Source: the human T2T-CHM13v2.0 reference genome, Homo sapiens. From it: DNA of 64,000 nt. Of this stretch, positions 1 to 12,649 are shown piece by piece (the first letter of the stretch is position 1; every line of letters starts with the position of its first letter). Where the stretch lies: assembly GCF_009914755.1 (NCBI RefSeq), contig NC_060942.1; one strand, 5' to 3'. The notes under the pieces are model-generated. The model was not told where the DNA came from. It worked only from the letters and a program-made list of their open reading frames with translations, and made no database searches. Position numbers and translations under genes: made by a program.

Positions 1-479
1 TGGATTGCTCGTGCAATACCCATGTAACATGTCACAAAGTATAGGGGATGCAGATGCTTCCAAGCTACAGTGTGGCTCATAAAACAGGCATTATCAGAAT
101 AAACATTCAACTCTGCCATTTTAAAAATCATAGAATAAGATTAGAGAATAAACAGCAGGATTTACAATTGAATGAAGGCCCTCTGAACTCCCGATCTTCC
201 TATCAGACCGTAAAAAGATCTACTGAGAGAGAAAGAAAGATCTTTTCTCTCATGGCTCTAAATTGACTATGTTAGCTCTAATAACAAAATGCCAGTTTAG
301 GAAATAACCTGGCACATGGAAATAGATAAAACACACATAAAAGAGAAATGTTAGCATGCAGAAGAATAAAAATACATAGAAATAGGTGAAGATTACCTAA
401 AATCATTAAAAAGCATTTTCTAAATAAATACCTCTCAATAATATTAAAATGGACTTTATTATATAATAACAAAATATTG

Positions 480-3400
480 TTAGAATAGAAAGATAGTAGA
501 CATACTTCTTCTTATTCTTCCCATTTAGTAAAACCTAGGATATTGTGTACAAAATAAACATAAGGAGACTCTGAAATACGAAAAGAAGAAAGCACACTGG
601 CTGAAAACTTTGGCCATGTAGTGCTTTAAAAGAACTATATGACTGTGTGTTCCCTGGTTTTTGTTTCATTTTGTTTTATTTGGCACATATATCCCAGAAA
701 TGGAGATAAAGAAGCCAGCAACCTGGAAATCCTAACCAAAGACTGCTCTCTTGCCAAAGGGCCAAAGGTACAGCCTCCGCAGACAGAAGACTTTCGGCAA
801 CCCCACGCTACTCCAGCCAAACACAGTGAGAGAAACTGTTCCTCGCCTCCACGGCCACCAAAGCCCCTTACAGGGCATGTCTCACTCCCATGGGTTGGTG
901 TCAGAGAGGGCCACGTAAGGAGACAGGTCTCCATTGCCACGGGGGAAAGCCTAAACTTCTACCCCCACTTAGCAGTAATGAGGAGCCCACCCTGCCTCCC
1001 CGCTGGGTGTGTCAAAGGAGGCCAGGTGGTGAGCAGAAACCAAAATTCCTAGTCATCCCAGATGGAGCGTCTCAGTGGAGGTGGTGAGCAGAAACCAAAA
1101 TTCCTAGTCATCCCAGATGGAGCGTCTCAGCGGAGGTGGTGAGCAGAAACCAGAAATTCCTAGTCATCCTAGATGGAGCATCTCAGTAGAGGTGGTGAGC
1201 AGAAACCAAAATTCCTAGTCATCCCAGATGGAGCGTCTCAGTGGAGGTGGTGAGCAGAAAGCAAAATTCCTAGTCATCCCAGATGGAGCGTCTCAGTGGA
1301 GGTGGTGAGCAGAAACCAAAATTCCTAGTCATCCCAGATGGAGCGCCTCAGCGGAGGTGGTGAGCAGAAACCAGAAATTCCTAGTCATCCTAGATGGAGC
1401 ATCTCAGTAGAGGTGGGGAGCAGAAACCAAAATTCCTAGTCATCCCAGATGGAGCGTCTCAGTGGAGGTGGTGAGCAGAAACCAAAATTCCTAGTCATCC
1501 CAGATGGAGCGTCTCAGTGGAGGTGGTGAGCAGAAACCAAAATTCCTAGTCATCCCAGATGCAGCGTCTCAGTGGAGGTGGTGAGCAGAAACCAAAATTC
1601 CTAGTCATCCCAGATGGAGCGTCTCAGTGGAGGTGGTGAGCAGAAACCAAAATTCCTAGTCATCCCAGATGCAGCGTCTCAGTGGAGGTGGTGAGAAGAA
1701 ACCAAAATTCCAGTCATCCCAGATGGAGCGTCTCAGTGGAGGTGGTGAGAAGAAACCAAAATTCCAGTCATCCCAGATGGAGCGTCTCAGTGGAGGCCTA
1801 GAGGTGATTCAGAACTTGCATCTCTGTCACGCAGTAATGTGGAGCCTCTTCCCCAGCGGCCAGGTGAGGGACCTGGAATTATAACCCTAGCTGGGAGTAA
1901 CCCTTCCTCCTTTGCTGCCAGAGCAGTTTCAGAGGAAATCCAGCCAAAACAGAAGGTTGAAATAAGATCTGGTGTCTCATTACATAATACTCAAAATGGA
2001 CTACACCTAGGCATGTCATAAGCGAACCAGAGTCAATGAGAAAAATTTTGAAAGAAGCCCAAGGAGAAAAAAATACCTCACATTTAGAGGAACAAGAATA
2101 AGAATGACAGTGGAGTTCTCATAGAAACCAGGAACACGATGATGGAATGAAATGTTTAAACTGTTAAAAGAAGAAAAGCACCAATCAAAACTCTATATCC
2201 AATGAAATTATCTTTCAAAAGTAAAAAAAAAAACAAAATCTTGCTTGAATAGACAAAAACATAGGAATAAAAATACCAGCAGACCTGTCCTTCAAAAAAT
2301 GATTTTGTTTGAGGGAAGAAAAATTATGTAGGTTGGAAGTGGGAATCTATCTAAAGGAAGGATGTTGGAGAATGAATAAAAAATGGTATAACAGAATCTT
2401 TTATTTTTGTTATTCTTAATTGATCTAAAAAATAACTGTTTAAAGTGATAATACCACAAATCCACTGAATGAATATGTATAGTGTATGGATAAGTGAAAT
2501 GAATGGCAGTAATGCCACTAGGGTTGTGGGAAGGAGAAATAGGGAATACTCTCTTATAAGGCACTGCACTGCTTATAAAGAGGAATCGTCTATTTAAAGG
2601 TGGACATAGATCCGGTCAAAATGTAGAATATGGACTGTAGGGAAATGACTACAAAAATGTGCAAAAGAAGTAGAATTGATGCGTGAAGATGGAAGACCAG
2701 AGGAAATCATAAAATCTGTCAAATCCCAAGATGGCAGAAAATAAGCATCTGTTAAAGGTAGAAAGCAGAAACAAATATGGGTAATATTAACCCAAATATA
2801 TTGATAATTGCTTTAAAAGTGAAAAGAAAAGACAGAGATTGTCAGAATGGATGAAAAATAAAATATAGGTCTAAATGTAAAGTACAAAAGTGTAAATTTT
2901 CTTAAATAAAACAGGACAAATATATAATATCTGGGTTCAGTAATGATTTTTATATATGAAAACAATAGCTCAATCCAAGAAAGAAAGAATAAGCTAATAT
3001 TATAACTTTGTTATAATTTTAAGCTAATTATAAAATAATAATTTATGCTTTGAAAAAGATACTGTTAACTGAATATAACGATTAACTACAAGCTTAGAGA
3101 AAATGTTTTCACAACACATATATGTAAAAAATTTGTATCTAAAATTTACAAAGAATGTTTCAATCTCAACAATAAGACATCAAACAAACCAATTATAAAA
3201 CTGGCCAAATCTGTGAACAGACATTTCACCAAATAAGATATACAGATAGAAAATGAGCATATGAAAAGATGTTCCCTGTCCTTTTCACTATGCAGTTGCA
3301 AAATAAAGCAATGAGGTACCTATATGCACCTACTAGAATGGCTAAAATCCAATAACTGCCATTACCAATTACTGACAAGGATACACAGCAAATAGAAATG

Positions 3401-4655
3401 GACTAAATTTGTATACATCATAATAAACACATATTCAGCTTAATAGAAATACAGATGCTAACAGAAATATTTACAGACATGTGTAGATATTAACATGAGT
3501 TAGTGTACACATATATATCCCCTTGATCTTTAAACTGAGAAAGCCTGGGAGTAGCAGTGAATAACATCCTCATATCAGTGAATAACATCCTAGCAGCAGT
3601 AAATAAACCTCAAACTGAGATCTTTACCAATAAAAAGAGCCATAGCATGTTGGAGAAGTGAATGATTTTAAAACTTGTTAAGAAAATATACAAGAGGAAC
3701 CTGGACCATTTTGCTGTAACAGTAAGAAAGTGCTCAACACACACACAAACACACACACACACACACTATGGGAATTATGTCAAAGAATACAAGAGTTAAC
3801 TGAAAAAGCATCCAATAACCAAAGGTAGAACAATTTGAGCAGCAACATAAATAAAATAGCATTGGATTATAACCCAAAGTATTAAGTGAAATAACATGAA
3901 TCCGTGAAGATATAAAAAAATTGAATAAAGTAAACAGATATGGAAGAATAGGCAAATCTTCTGTGCAAAATAAATCCAAATTCATATAGCTACCTTGCCC
4001 TTCATGAGGTGGATCATAGCTCCCCTCTCCACATGCGTGGGATATCTATAGTGACTTCCTTCCAAGGAGTGCACTCTGGAAACGAAGAAGAGCACAGTAA
4101 TATTCCTGTGCGGAAACCTGAGAAACACTACCTCAGGCCAAGTAAATAAGGTTAGTGTTGACAGGGTTAAGTCATTTTATAACAAACGCCCTTCATATGA
4201 TGTGAACAGAATGGCAGTCCACTTCTGTCTTCCTCTCAAAAACACGTTAATATAGTTTAATCATGAGAAAAACATAAGACAGACCCCCATTGGGGAACAT
4301 TCTAAAACACATTAGTAGGGATACTTTTCCTAATCTCTGGAAGTTGTCATGATTATTAAAATAAGGAAAGTCTGACAAACTACCACCACCAAGAGAAGTC
4401 TAAGGAGACCTGCCACGTAAATACAATGCAGTATCTTGGATCAAGTGCTAGAACAGAAAAAGGACAATTAGAGCTGAAGAAATTCGAAGGAACCTTAGTT
4501 GATAATAATGTATGAATACTGGTTTATTAATGGTGAAAAATATGCTTTAATATTGTAAGATGTTAATAATAAGAGAAACTTGGAGTAGACATTCTCTGTC
4601 CTGCCTTTGCAATATTTCTGTAAATATAAAAATTCATTAAAAAGTTTATTTAAAA
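480..4655 (+). mobile_element. Old, internally deleted LINE-1 (L1M/L1MC-like): 5' region hosting the VNTR, ORF1/ORF2 remnants and 3' end
   Basis: ORF1-like 'aagaatgacagtggagttctc...tatatccaatgaaattatctttcaaaa' (~2100-2220); ORF2 end 'tgaacagacatttcaccaaa...gcatatgaaaagatg' (~3210-3270); L1MC-like 3' UTR 'taatcatgagaaaaacataagacagaccc' (~4260). May be more than one element. Confidence 0.75.
1024..1797. repeat. Minisatellite/VNTR, 14 copies of a 54-56 bp unit (GAGCAGAAACCAAAATTCCTAGTCATCCCAGATGGAGCGTCTCAGTGGAGGTGGT)
   Basis: Units start at 1031, 1086, 1141, 1197, 1252, 1307, 1362, 1418, 1473, 1528, 1583, 1638, 1693 and 1747; read directly from the sequence. Confidence 0.98.
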
Positions 4656-6013
4656 ATATGTAGACATAAATTAATAATCTAAAATCTTGTTGCAGAAACC
4701 TAGAAAAGAAAGAACAATATAAACCTAAAGCAGAGAAAAAAGAAAATCATAAAACACCAGAAATCAATTGAAATAAAGATAGAAAAACAAAAGATAAAAT
4801 CAATGGTCCAAAGAACAATTTCCCTGAAAATATCAATAAAATTGACAAACTTACATCAAGATTAACAAAAAAGAAAACAAAGGGAAGAGATGTCACCAAT
4901 AATAAGAATGGAACAGAGGAATCACTACAGACCTTGTAGATGTCAAGATGATTATAAGGAAAATCTATGAAAAAGTCTACACACATACATTTGACGAATA
5001 GATAAAATTGAAAAATTTCTTTAAAATTGAAAAATTTCTCAAAAAGCACCCAGTACCACATCTCACTCAATATGAAATACATCCTTTAACTATTCAGGAA
5101 ATATAATTCATGATCTTAAAATTTTCTGAAAATAAAATATCCAGATGCTGATAATTTTACTGGAGAATTTTACCAAACATTTAAACAAAAATTAACATCA
5201 CTTCTATACAATTTCTTCCAAAAAACATCAGAGGAGGGAACACTTCCTAATTCATTTTATCATTACTAAATTTAAGTCAGCATTACCCTGATACCAAAAC
5301 CAAGGACAGTACATAAAATGAAAAAAAGAAAGAAACTACAGAACAATATCCCTTGTGAATAAAAATGTAAAAGTTATTATAAAATATTAACAAATAGCAC
5401 TTATCAATATATATAAAAGAATTTTACACATGAGCAACTGTAGTTTATTTCAGTGTTGCAAGGCTGGCTCAATAATTGAAAGCCAATATAATTTACCTTT
5501 AACAGTTTAGAAAAGAAAAATTACAAGATCATATCAATTGACGCAGAAAAATTACAAGATCATATCAATTGACACAGAAAAATTACTTGACAAAATTCAA
5601 CGTTCATTGAAGACAAAAACTCTTGGCAATTCTAGGAATGAAGGAATATTGATAAATGTCATCGACAAATAGTAAAGTTTTACTTGTAAAGGACAGCTAC
5701 AAAAAAAACTTGCAGCTAACTAACTTCACACTTCATCAGGAAAGACTAAACGTTTTCCGTCAAGAGCAGGAAAAAAGTAAAAATGAATATCTTTTCTTAC
5801 TGCTTTTATTTAATACTCTAATTCAACTTAATACTGGAGGTTATAGCCAGAACAAAAATGTCTGAAAAGAAAGTTTAAGAAAATACCGAGGAAAACGTAA
5901 GAAATAAAATATCCCTATTTGCAGATGACATGTTTGTCTATGCAGAAAATTTCAAGAAAAGAAAAGCCCAAAATGAGTAGGATAAGCAAGATAAGCATGC
6001 AAAAATATTCACA

Positions 6014-6439
6014 TGCTTTAGTCCATTTGGTGTTGCTATAAAGGAATACCCGAGGCTGGATAATTTATAAGAAAGGAGGTTTATTTGGCTCATAATTCCA
6101 CAGGCTGCGTAAGAAGCATGGGTGTAGCATCCGCTTCTGGTGAGGACTTCAGGCTGCTTCCACTCATGACAGAAGGTGAATGGGAGTTTGCATGTGCAAA
6201 GATCACACAACAGGAGAGGAAGTAAGAGAGGGAGGAGGGAGGGGCCGGCCTCTTTTGACAACCAGCTTTCATGGGAAGTACTAGAAGGAGAACTCATTCA
6301 TTACCCTGAGGATGGTACCAAGCCATTCATAAGTAATTTGCCCCCATGACCTAAACATTTTTCATTAGGCCCCATTTCCAACACTGGGGATCAAATTTCA
6401 ACACGATGTTTGGAGGGGTCAAATATCCAAACAGTACCA
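6014..6439 (-). mobile_element. MaLR solo LTR (MSTA/MSTB-like)
   Basis: 'tagtccatttggtgttgctataaaggaatacccgaggctggataatttataagaaa' ... 'ggggatcaaatttcaacacga...atccaaac' matches the reverse complement of MST consensus. Confidence 0.9.
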
Positions 6440-7194
6440 AGATATTTATATTCTAACATTGAATATGTGAAGACTGAAAATCAAAACATAATATTTACAA
6501 TCAATACAAAGAAAAAAATACTCCATTTTGCATAATCTTATGAAACAAGTACAGATATATATGTTGAAAATTACAAAATGCTGATGAAAGAAATCATAGA
6601 TCTAAAGAAATCAAAAAACACACTGTGTTAATGGATTTAAAGATTCAACATAGTAAAGTGACAATTTTCCCCAAGTTGATATACAATCTTAATGCAATTT
6701 ATCTCAAAATGAGAGAAAAATTATTTGTAAATACAGATGAGATTATTTTATATTTTTATGGAAAGGCAAAAAAACTATAGTAGTTAGATGAATTTTTAGA
6801 TAGAAAAAGACAGAAAAAATTAGTCTACCATAGTTCAAGACATAATATAGCTACAGTCAAGATTTGGTAATATTTGTGGAGAGATAGACATATGGATCCA
6901 TGGAACACAGTAGAAAGCTCAGAAATTGACTCACATGAATATGCCCAATTCACTGTTTTCAAAGATGCAAAGGCAATTCAATGGAGGAAGGAAAGCCATT
7001 CCAATAAATGCTACTAAAGCAATTAACATCTATAAAATAGACAATCTCAAATTAAACTTCACAGTTTATACAAAGTTAACTCAAAATGGATGATGGAGTT
7101 AAATGTAAAATGTACACCATCAGCTTTTAGAAAAACACATAGGAGGAAAATTTTTGAGATTTACAGCTTGACTAACATTCTAATGCTTGACATT

Positions 7195-7568
7195 CATCTT
7201 AATAATCTATTTTGTGCTACACTATCATAACAGAATACTTGCAACTGGGTAATTTATAATGAACAAAGATTCATTCTTACAGTTCTGCGTCTGGAAAGTT
7301 CAAGGTTGAGGGACTGGCATCTACTGATGGCCTTCTTACTGCGTCATCCCATGGTGGAAGGTGGAAGTGGAAGAGAGCCAGCATGCCTGTGAGAAAGGAA
7401 GGGAGCCAAATGCATTCTTTTATCAGGAACCCACTCCCACAATAACTAACCCACTCAAGCAGTAACAATGCTTATCCGTTAGTCTCCTTTTAAAGGTCCC
7501 ACCTCTCAACATAGCATTGGGAATTGAGTTTTTAACACGTGAACTTCAGGAGCCACAAAGCATAGCAA
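7195..7568 (-). mobile_element. MaLR solo LTR (MSTC/MSTD/MLT1A-like)
   Basis: 'ctgggtaatttataatgaaca...cttacagttctg...aagttcaaggttgagggactggcatct'; ends 'catagca'. Confidence 0.8.
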
Positions 7569-8270
7569 CACCCAAAGCACAATTCATGGAAGGAAAAATG
7601 GATCAATTAGAACTCATTATTAATTGCTATTGTTCTGTGAGAGCTCTCGTGAAAAGGATAAAAAAGACAACCTACATATTTGAAGAAAATATTTGCAAAA
7701 CAACATCTGACAAAGGATTAGTACCTAGAATATAGAAAAAAAATTTCAAAATTCAACAATGAAAAAAATTCAATTAGGAAATGGGCCAAAGATATGATTA
7801 AGCATTTCATGGAAGATATAGATGGCAAAAAAATACTTGTGAAACATATTGAAAATCACAACCTGGTAAGAAAATACACATTCAAACCACGATGAGCTAT
7901 TACTATACACCTATCAGAATAGCCAAAATAAAATATAGTGAAACACCAAATGCTGGTGATGATATGGAGAAACTGAATTACTCATAACTTTGCTGATGGG
8001 AATGTTAAATGGTACAGCCACTGTGGAAAATAGTTTGGCGGTTTCCAAAATAAACAAACATGCAACTATCATAACTACAATACAACCTGGAAATTGCACT
8101 TCTTGGCATTTATTTTACAAAAATGAAAACATGATACGTACAATACAGTCAAGTTGAATTATTCTATAAAACAAATATTTATTGGCCAAGATCGTAAGAT
8201 ATATATCAGGATCTACAGAATATACTAAATATTTTATATCCAGATATGAAAAGATCAGATCCACAAATCA

Positions 8271-8440
8271 AATTAGCTAGGCACAGTGGGGTTGTGCCTA
8301 TAGTCCCAGCTCCTGCAGGAGGCAGAGGTGCGATGATCACTGGAGCCCGGGAGGACGAGGCTGCTGTGAGCTGTGATCATGCCACTGCACTCTGACCTGG
8401 ACAACAGAGCGAGACCCCATCTCAAACAACGAAAGAAAAA
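8271..8440 (+). mobile_element. Alu right monomer (FRAM/AluJ)
   Basis: 'aattagctaggcacagtgg...tagtcccagct...gagctgtgatcatgccactgcactc' plus A-rich tail. Confidence 0.9.
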
Positions 8441-8913
8441 TAAAGATCTACAAATCATGTTACAGAAGTAACACAAATTTAAAGTAACTTCCTTTTACAA
8501 ATGATCCAAGAGAAACATTCTTCTATTTTATCAAGGAGGAATTTTCCTCAATATTTTTAAGTTTGAAACCATCCACGGTCTTATAAATCTTTAAAAAATA
8601 ATTTTTGAATGTAAGACCACTTAAAACAAAAATATTTTCCTTATCTAAGTAATCCTATTTGCATTTACTCCATCACAGTTACAAGATCAATCAGAAAACA
8701 AAACAAATACAAAAAAAAAAAGCTCAATATCTACGTAGATAACAATGCTTTTCAAAAAAATAAAGCTAAAATGTACACACTTAGTGATAATTATATTAGA
8801 GAGAACATATACTAACTGCTTATTACTTGTCAGGCACTGTGCTAACAATCTTATCTCCTCACAATATATTCATTAGACAAGCAAATTCCATAGCTAGAGT
8901 GCAGAAAATTGAG

Positions 8914-9275
8914 ATTTGAAAATCAAGCTAAAGCAGCCACTGCTCACATCACACACACACACACACACACACACAAACAAGCATGATTCCATACACACAC
9001 ACACACAAATTAGGACCTTTTTCTCCTTAAATCCCAGCAATCATTGTCACTACAGATATCATAAACAGCAGGAACAGATGCTCAAATGTGCCCTTAGGGC
9101 AGCCTTGCATGCTCTGAAAGCCATAGCCTTATGGTAGATATAATTCCAATACTTTTTAAAAGTGAGAATTAAAAAAAAATTAGTTGTTTTTATCAAGCTA
9201 GCAAAATTGATAAGGAAAACACAAAATACTTTATTATTTTATATGTCCCAATTTTACAACTAGAAACCCAAAGAA
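8914..9275 (+). repeat. Left arm of ~360-bp inverted duplication, including (CA)n
   Basis: Reverse complement matches 10502-10858; ORFs 8916+ and 10865- translate almost identically. Confidence 0.97.
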
Positions 9276-9949
9276 AATAATCTAAAATTTTATAAATGGA
9301 AAAAGAAGGTAAAAAGATGACTGGTTATAAAATTAATATGCAAAATCAATACTAAAAATAAAATAACCATTTAAAATATAATGGAATTAACTTATCAAAA
9401 GACAAAAATTTTAAAAAACTCACAAGCCTATAATAATAACTAAATCTATTGAGCATTTTTATTGCAAGGAAATAGTCTGTGTTATATTAGCTTATACAAA
9501 TACAATTGTAAAACGTTTTCTTTAAATCAAAACATATGTCTTAAAATTTTAAAGCATAACTTGCTCTTCAAGCTTAGGGAATGATTCTAGCAATTATTTC
9601 TTAATTCTTCTGAACATTCAGTGGGATAACAATTTAACTAAATAGTGTTTGTTTGTTTTGATTTGTTTTGCTAGGAGATATTAAATTAATTTGGTTTTCT
9701 GGAAAAAAAAGCAAAAAAGAAATCACAAAAAAACCCAGGATATTTTGAGTAATAGGAAAAATTTTTTTTTCCCTGCTACATTTGATCTTTTAAAGGTAGA
9801 GGAATTTTTAGAAGCTAGTATCTACAGGGGAATAAAAATGTAGATCAATGAGTTATAGTAAAATAATGAAAGATACATGGAAATAGTTTCCATTATTAAT
9901 TGTCATAGGAAACACCACTTTCAAATTTTAGATAACAAATCTGCAAATT

Positions 9950-10440
9950 GGGCAGCCCTCCGAAGAGGCAGCTTGTCTGGGATCCTCTTGGTGTCAGCTC
10001 CAACCACTAGAGCCCTGGAGGCATCTGAAGGGCACCCTTGGCCGTCTGAACCCCAGACTGGGAAGACTCAAACTGCTGAGGCCTAAGACTCCTGGCTCCC
10101 ATCAGGAATCTCCTTCAGTTTATTTATGGTCTCTTTTCTCATTGGCGGTTTTGGGATAACTGGACTTAATTTACAGGTTCAGGACTCCCAGTGTGCATTT
10201 CCCAAGAAAGACGGTAACAAGGGAGAAGCCTCTTACAGACCAGCCTTAGAAGTCACATAGCATCATTCTCATTATAGTCTGTCAGTCCAGCTGGATACAA
10301 AGGTCTGCTCCGGTTCGAGGGAAGGGAACAGACCCGTCTCTCACTGGGGCAGTGTCAACGTCACGGAAGAAAGAAGGGCAGTGACTAGGATAGACACCGG
10401 TGTGGTCGTCACTGGAAAATATCATTGAGAACAGAAATGT
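9950..10440. mobile_element. Old MaLR LTR (MLT1J/K-like)
   Basis: 'cagccttagaagtcacatagcatcattc...gagggaagggaacagacccgtctctc' resembles old MLT1 LTRs. Confidence 0.6.
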
Positions 10441-10501
10441 GTTCCAGACTACAGGCGGCATTTCAAATTAGTGCAGACGAGTGGGTATTTAATCATGGAT
10501 G

Positions 10502-10858
10502 TTCTTTGGGTTTCTAGTTATAAAATCAAGACATACACAATAATGAAGTATTTTGTGTTTTCCTTATCAATTTTGCTAGCTTGGTAAAAACAACTAATTT
10601 TTTTTTTAATTCTCACTTTTAAAAAGTATTGGAATTATATCTACCATAAGGCTATACCTTTCAGAGCATGCGAGGCTGCCCTAAGGGCACATTTGAGCAT
10701 CTGTTCCTGCTGTTTATGATATCTGTAGTGACAATGATTGCTGGGATTTAAGGAGAAAAAGGTCCTAATTTGTGTGTGTGTGTGTATAGAATCATGCTTG
10801 TGTGTGTGTGTGTGTGTTTGTGATGGTAGGAGTGGCTGCTTTAGCTTGATTTTTAAAT
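10502..10858 (-). repeat. Right arm of ~360-bp inverted duplication
   Basis: Reverse-complement copy of 8914-9275. Confidence 0.97.
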
Positions 10859-12649
10859 ATAGCAACAGAAAAAAATAATAAATTTTTTATAGCAACAGAA
10901 AAACTAATACAGCTTTTCTATATAAATAATCATAAATTATACAAGTTCATTTTACAGTGGAATAATGTTAATACCAGTCAAATATTAAATGATTAAATGA
11001 AATAAAACCTTCAAAACACAAGAAGTAATTTGGATAAATTTATTTCTAACTGAAATGTTAGAGGCTTTCTCAGGAAGACACGGAATTTATAAAGGAACAA
11101 ATAAAAATCTCCATAAAAATTAAATCTCATGAAAAGAAAATTAAAACTAATATGAAATGAGACACTGAAAAGTTTGAAAAATATAAAGCAATGGGGTTTA
11201 TAGCTTTAATTTGGAAAAAGTTCGGAGAAAATATTTTTTATAAAGAAAATAGATTCAATACAGAAATTAGTAAAGGAAATTAATGATTACAGAAAATAGA
11301 GAAAAATTAGAAACTCTCAGAAAGTATAAGGAAAGTCCTTAAAACCATTTATAACTTAAGAAGTGCATATCAAAATCAAAGAATATATTGGGCTAGGAAG
11401 ATGTCTTTGTATGTATTCTCATATTGCTTAAAGAGCAGAAACGATTTTAAGGCTATTGTATATTTTCTGTACATATATCTATGAAACAAATACTTTTCTT
11501 TTATGTCCTTTTGCCTAGATGAAATTTTATGCCACACCAAAATAAGACTTAATTTTCCTGCAGCATTGATATACAAATATAATGCTTATTTAAATACTTG
11601 AAAAACAGGAGATGATGAATATTTATAGTATGCATAATCTGAAGATCACATTTCTGTACCTGGATTGAAAATGTTCAGACTGATAAAAAATTGAGCCTAT
11701 TCCAAACAGCAGGACTCTAGAGGCCAGAACAAGGTTCTACTCCCTGTGGTAATAAATGAAAAATACAAGAATAAAGCCGACTTTGCTGAAGAGAATAAAA
11801 TGCTCTGATTTCAATAGCAAACGTAGATTAACAAGAGCAGATTCCTTGTCAGTTGAGGTTAAAAGCATTTGCTTTATTGATACTCAGAATATCTCCTAGT
11901 AAAGTTTGTGTTTTGTTATTCATCTCTATGATATATATATCCTTGGGCTTAATAGCAAAATTGATAGATAATGAGAGAGAGGTGGACATGCACCTTACAC
12001 ACACACATCCCTGCGGTGAAAAAATTAAACCTGGAATCTAACATCATTGTGGCAAATAGCCAGCTTCCTTCCATTTTTCATGTTAGTAACAGAGAATTAA
12101 TAGCTGAAACCAGGAAAAGTTTTAATGAAATCAGAAAAATATGCTATAACAAAGAAGGCATCATAGAAACTTTGCCATTATTAATGTGGTGTTACACGTT
12201 AGTATAAAAGAAGAAAAATTGTAAAAGGAAGACAAATATTCTTTTCTGTCCTCTAATTTCTACCAGTAGAGACTGATGCTATTCTCTAAGAAAAGAAATT
12301 CAATTGTGACTTTAAAAATGTCTTAGAAAGCACTCCACTGAAGGATGAATAAAGCTATCTGAAAGACTCCAAATTCAGGCTTACTGGCATTAACTCCTTT
12401 TTACTGATCATAGTTTAATTTGTAACTTGCTTATCAGTTTTGAAAAAAACAACATTTTCTGTAAGCACATTTAAAATGTGCTTACAAAAGGTCATTTTTG
12501 ATGCCCTCGAACTTAGCTTTTGATGTCTTATTCATTTATTTTTTTCTTTATTATTTTCTTTTTCTACTGGTTGTATTCTTTATTTATTTATTTATTTTTG
12601 CATCTGTTTATTTCTTTATGTGGATGTTTGCATAATTACCGTTAAGTCT

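Larger units (their letters stand above)
4660..8140 (+). mobile_element. Old LINE-1 ORF2 remnant (L1M), interrupted by two MaLR LTRs
   Basis: Typical ORF2 motifs 'cattaccctgataccaaaacca', 'tttgcagatgacatg', 'ggtacagccactgtggaaaatagtttgg'; many stops and frameshifts. Confidence 0.9.

Noticed and set aside
639-1052. Longest ORF (137 aa) and repeat ORF 1669..1884
   Set aside because: Both lie in an L1 5' region or the VNTR. The second is open only because the last units are 54 bp. No recognisable domain.
1024-1797. CRISPR-like array
   Set aside because: Units are contiguous with no unique spacers, there are no cas genes, and the DNA is primate.
4660-8140. Active LINE-1 reverse transcriptase
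   Set aside because: Heavily degenerate, interrupted by LTRs, no long ORF.
8916-10865. Pair of near-identical 73-74 aa ORFs as duplicated genes
   Set aside because: They use non-ATG starts and translate (CA)n; they simply reflect the inverted duplication.
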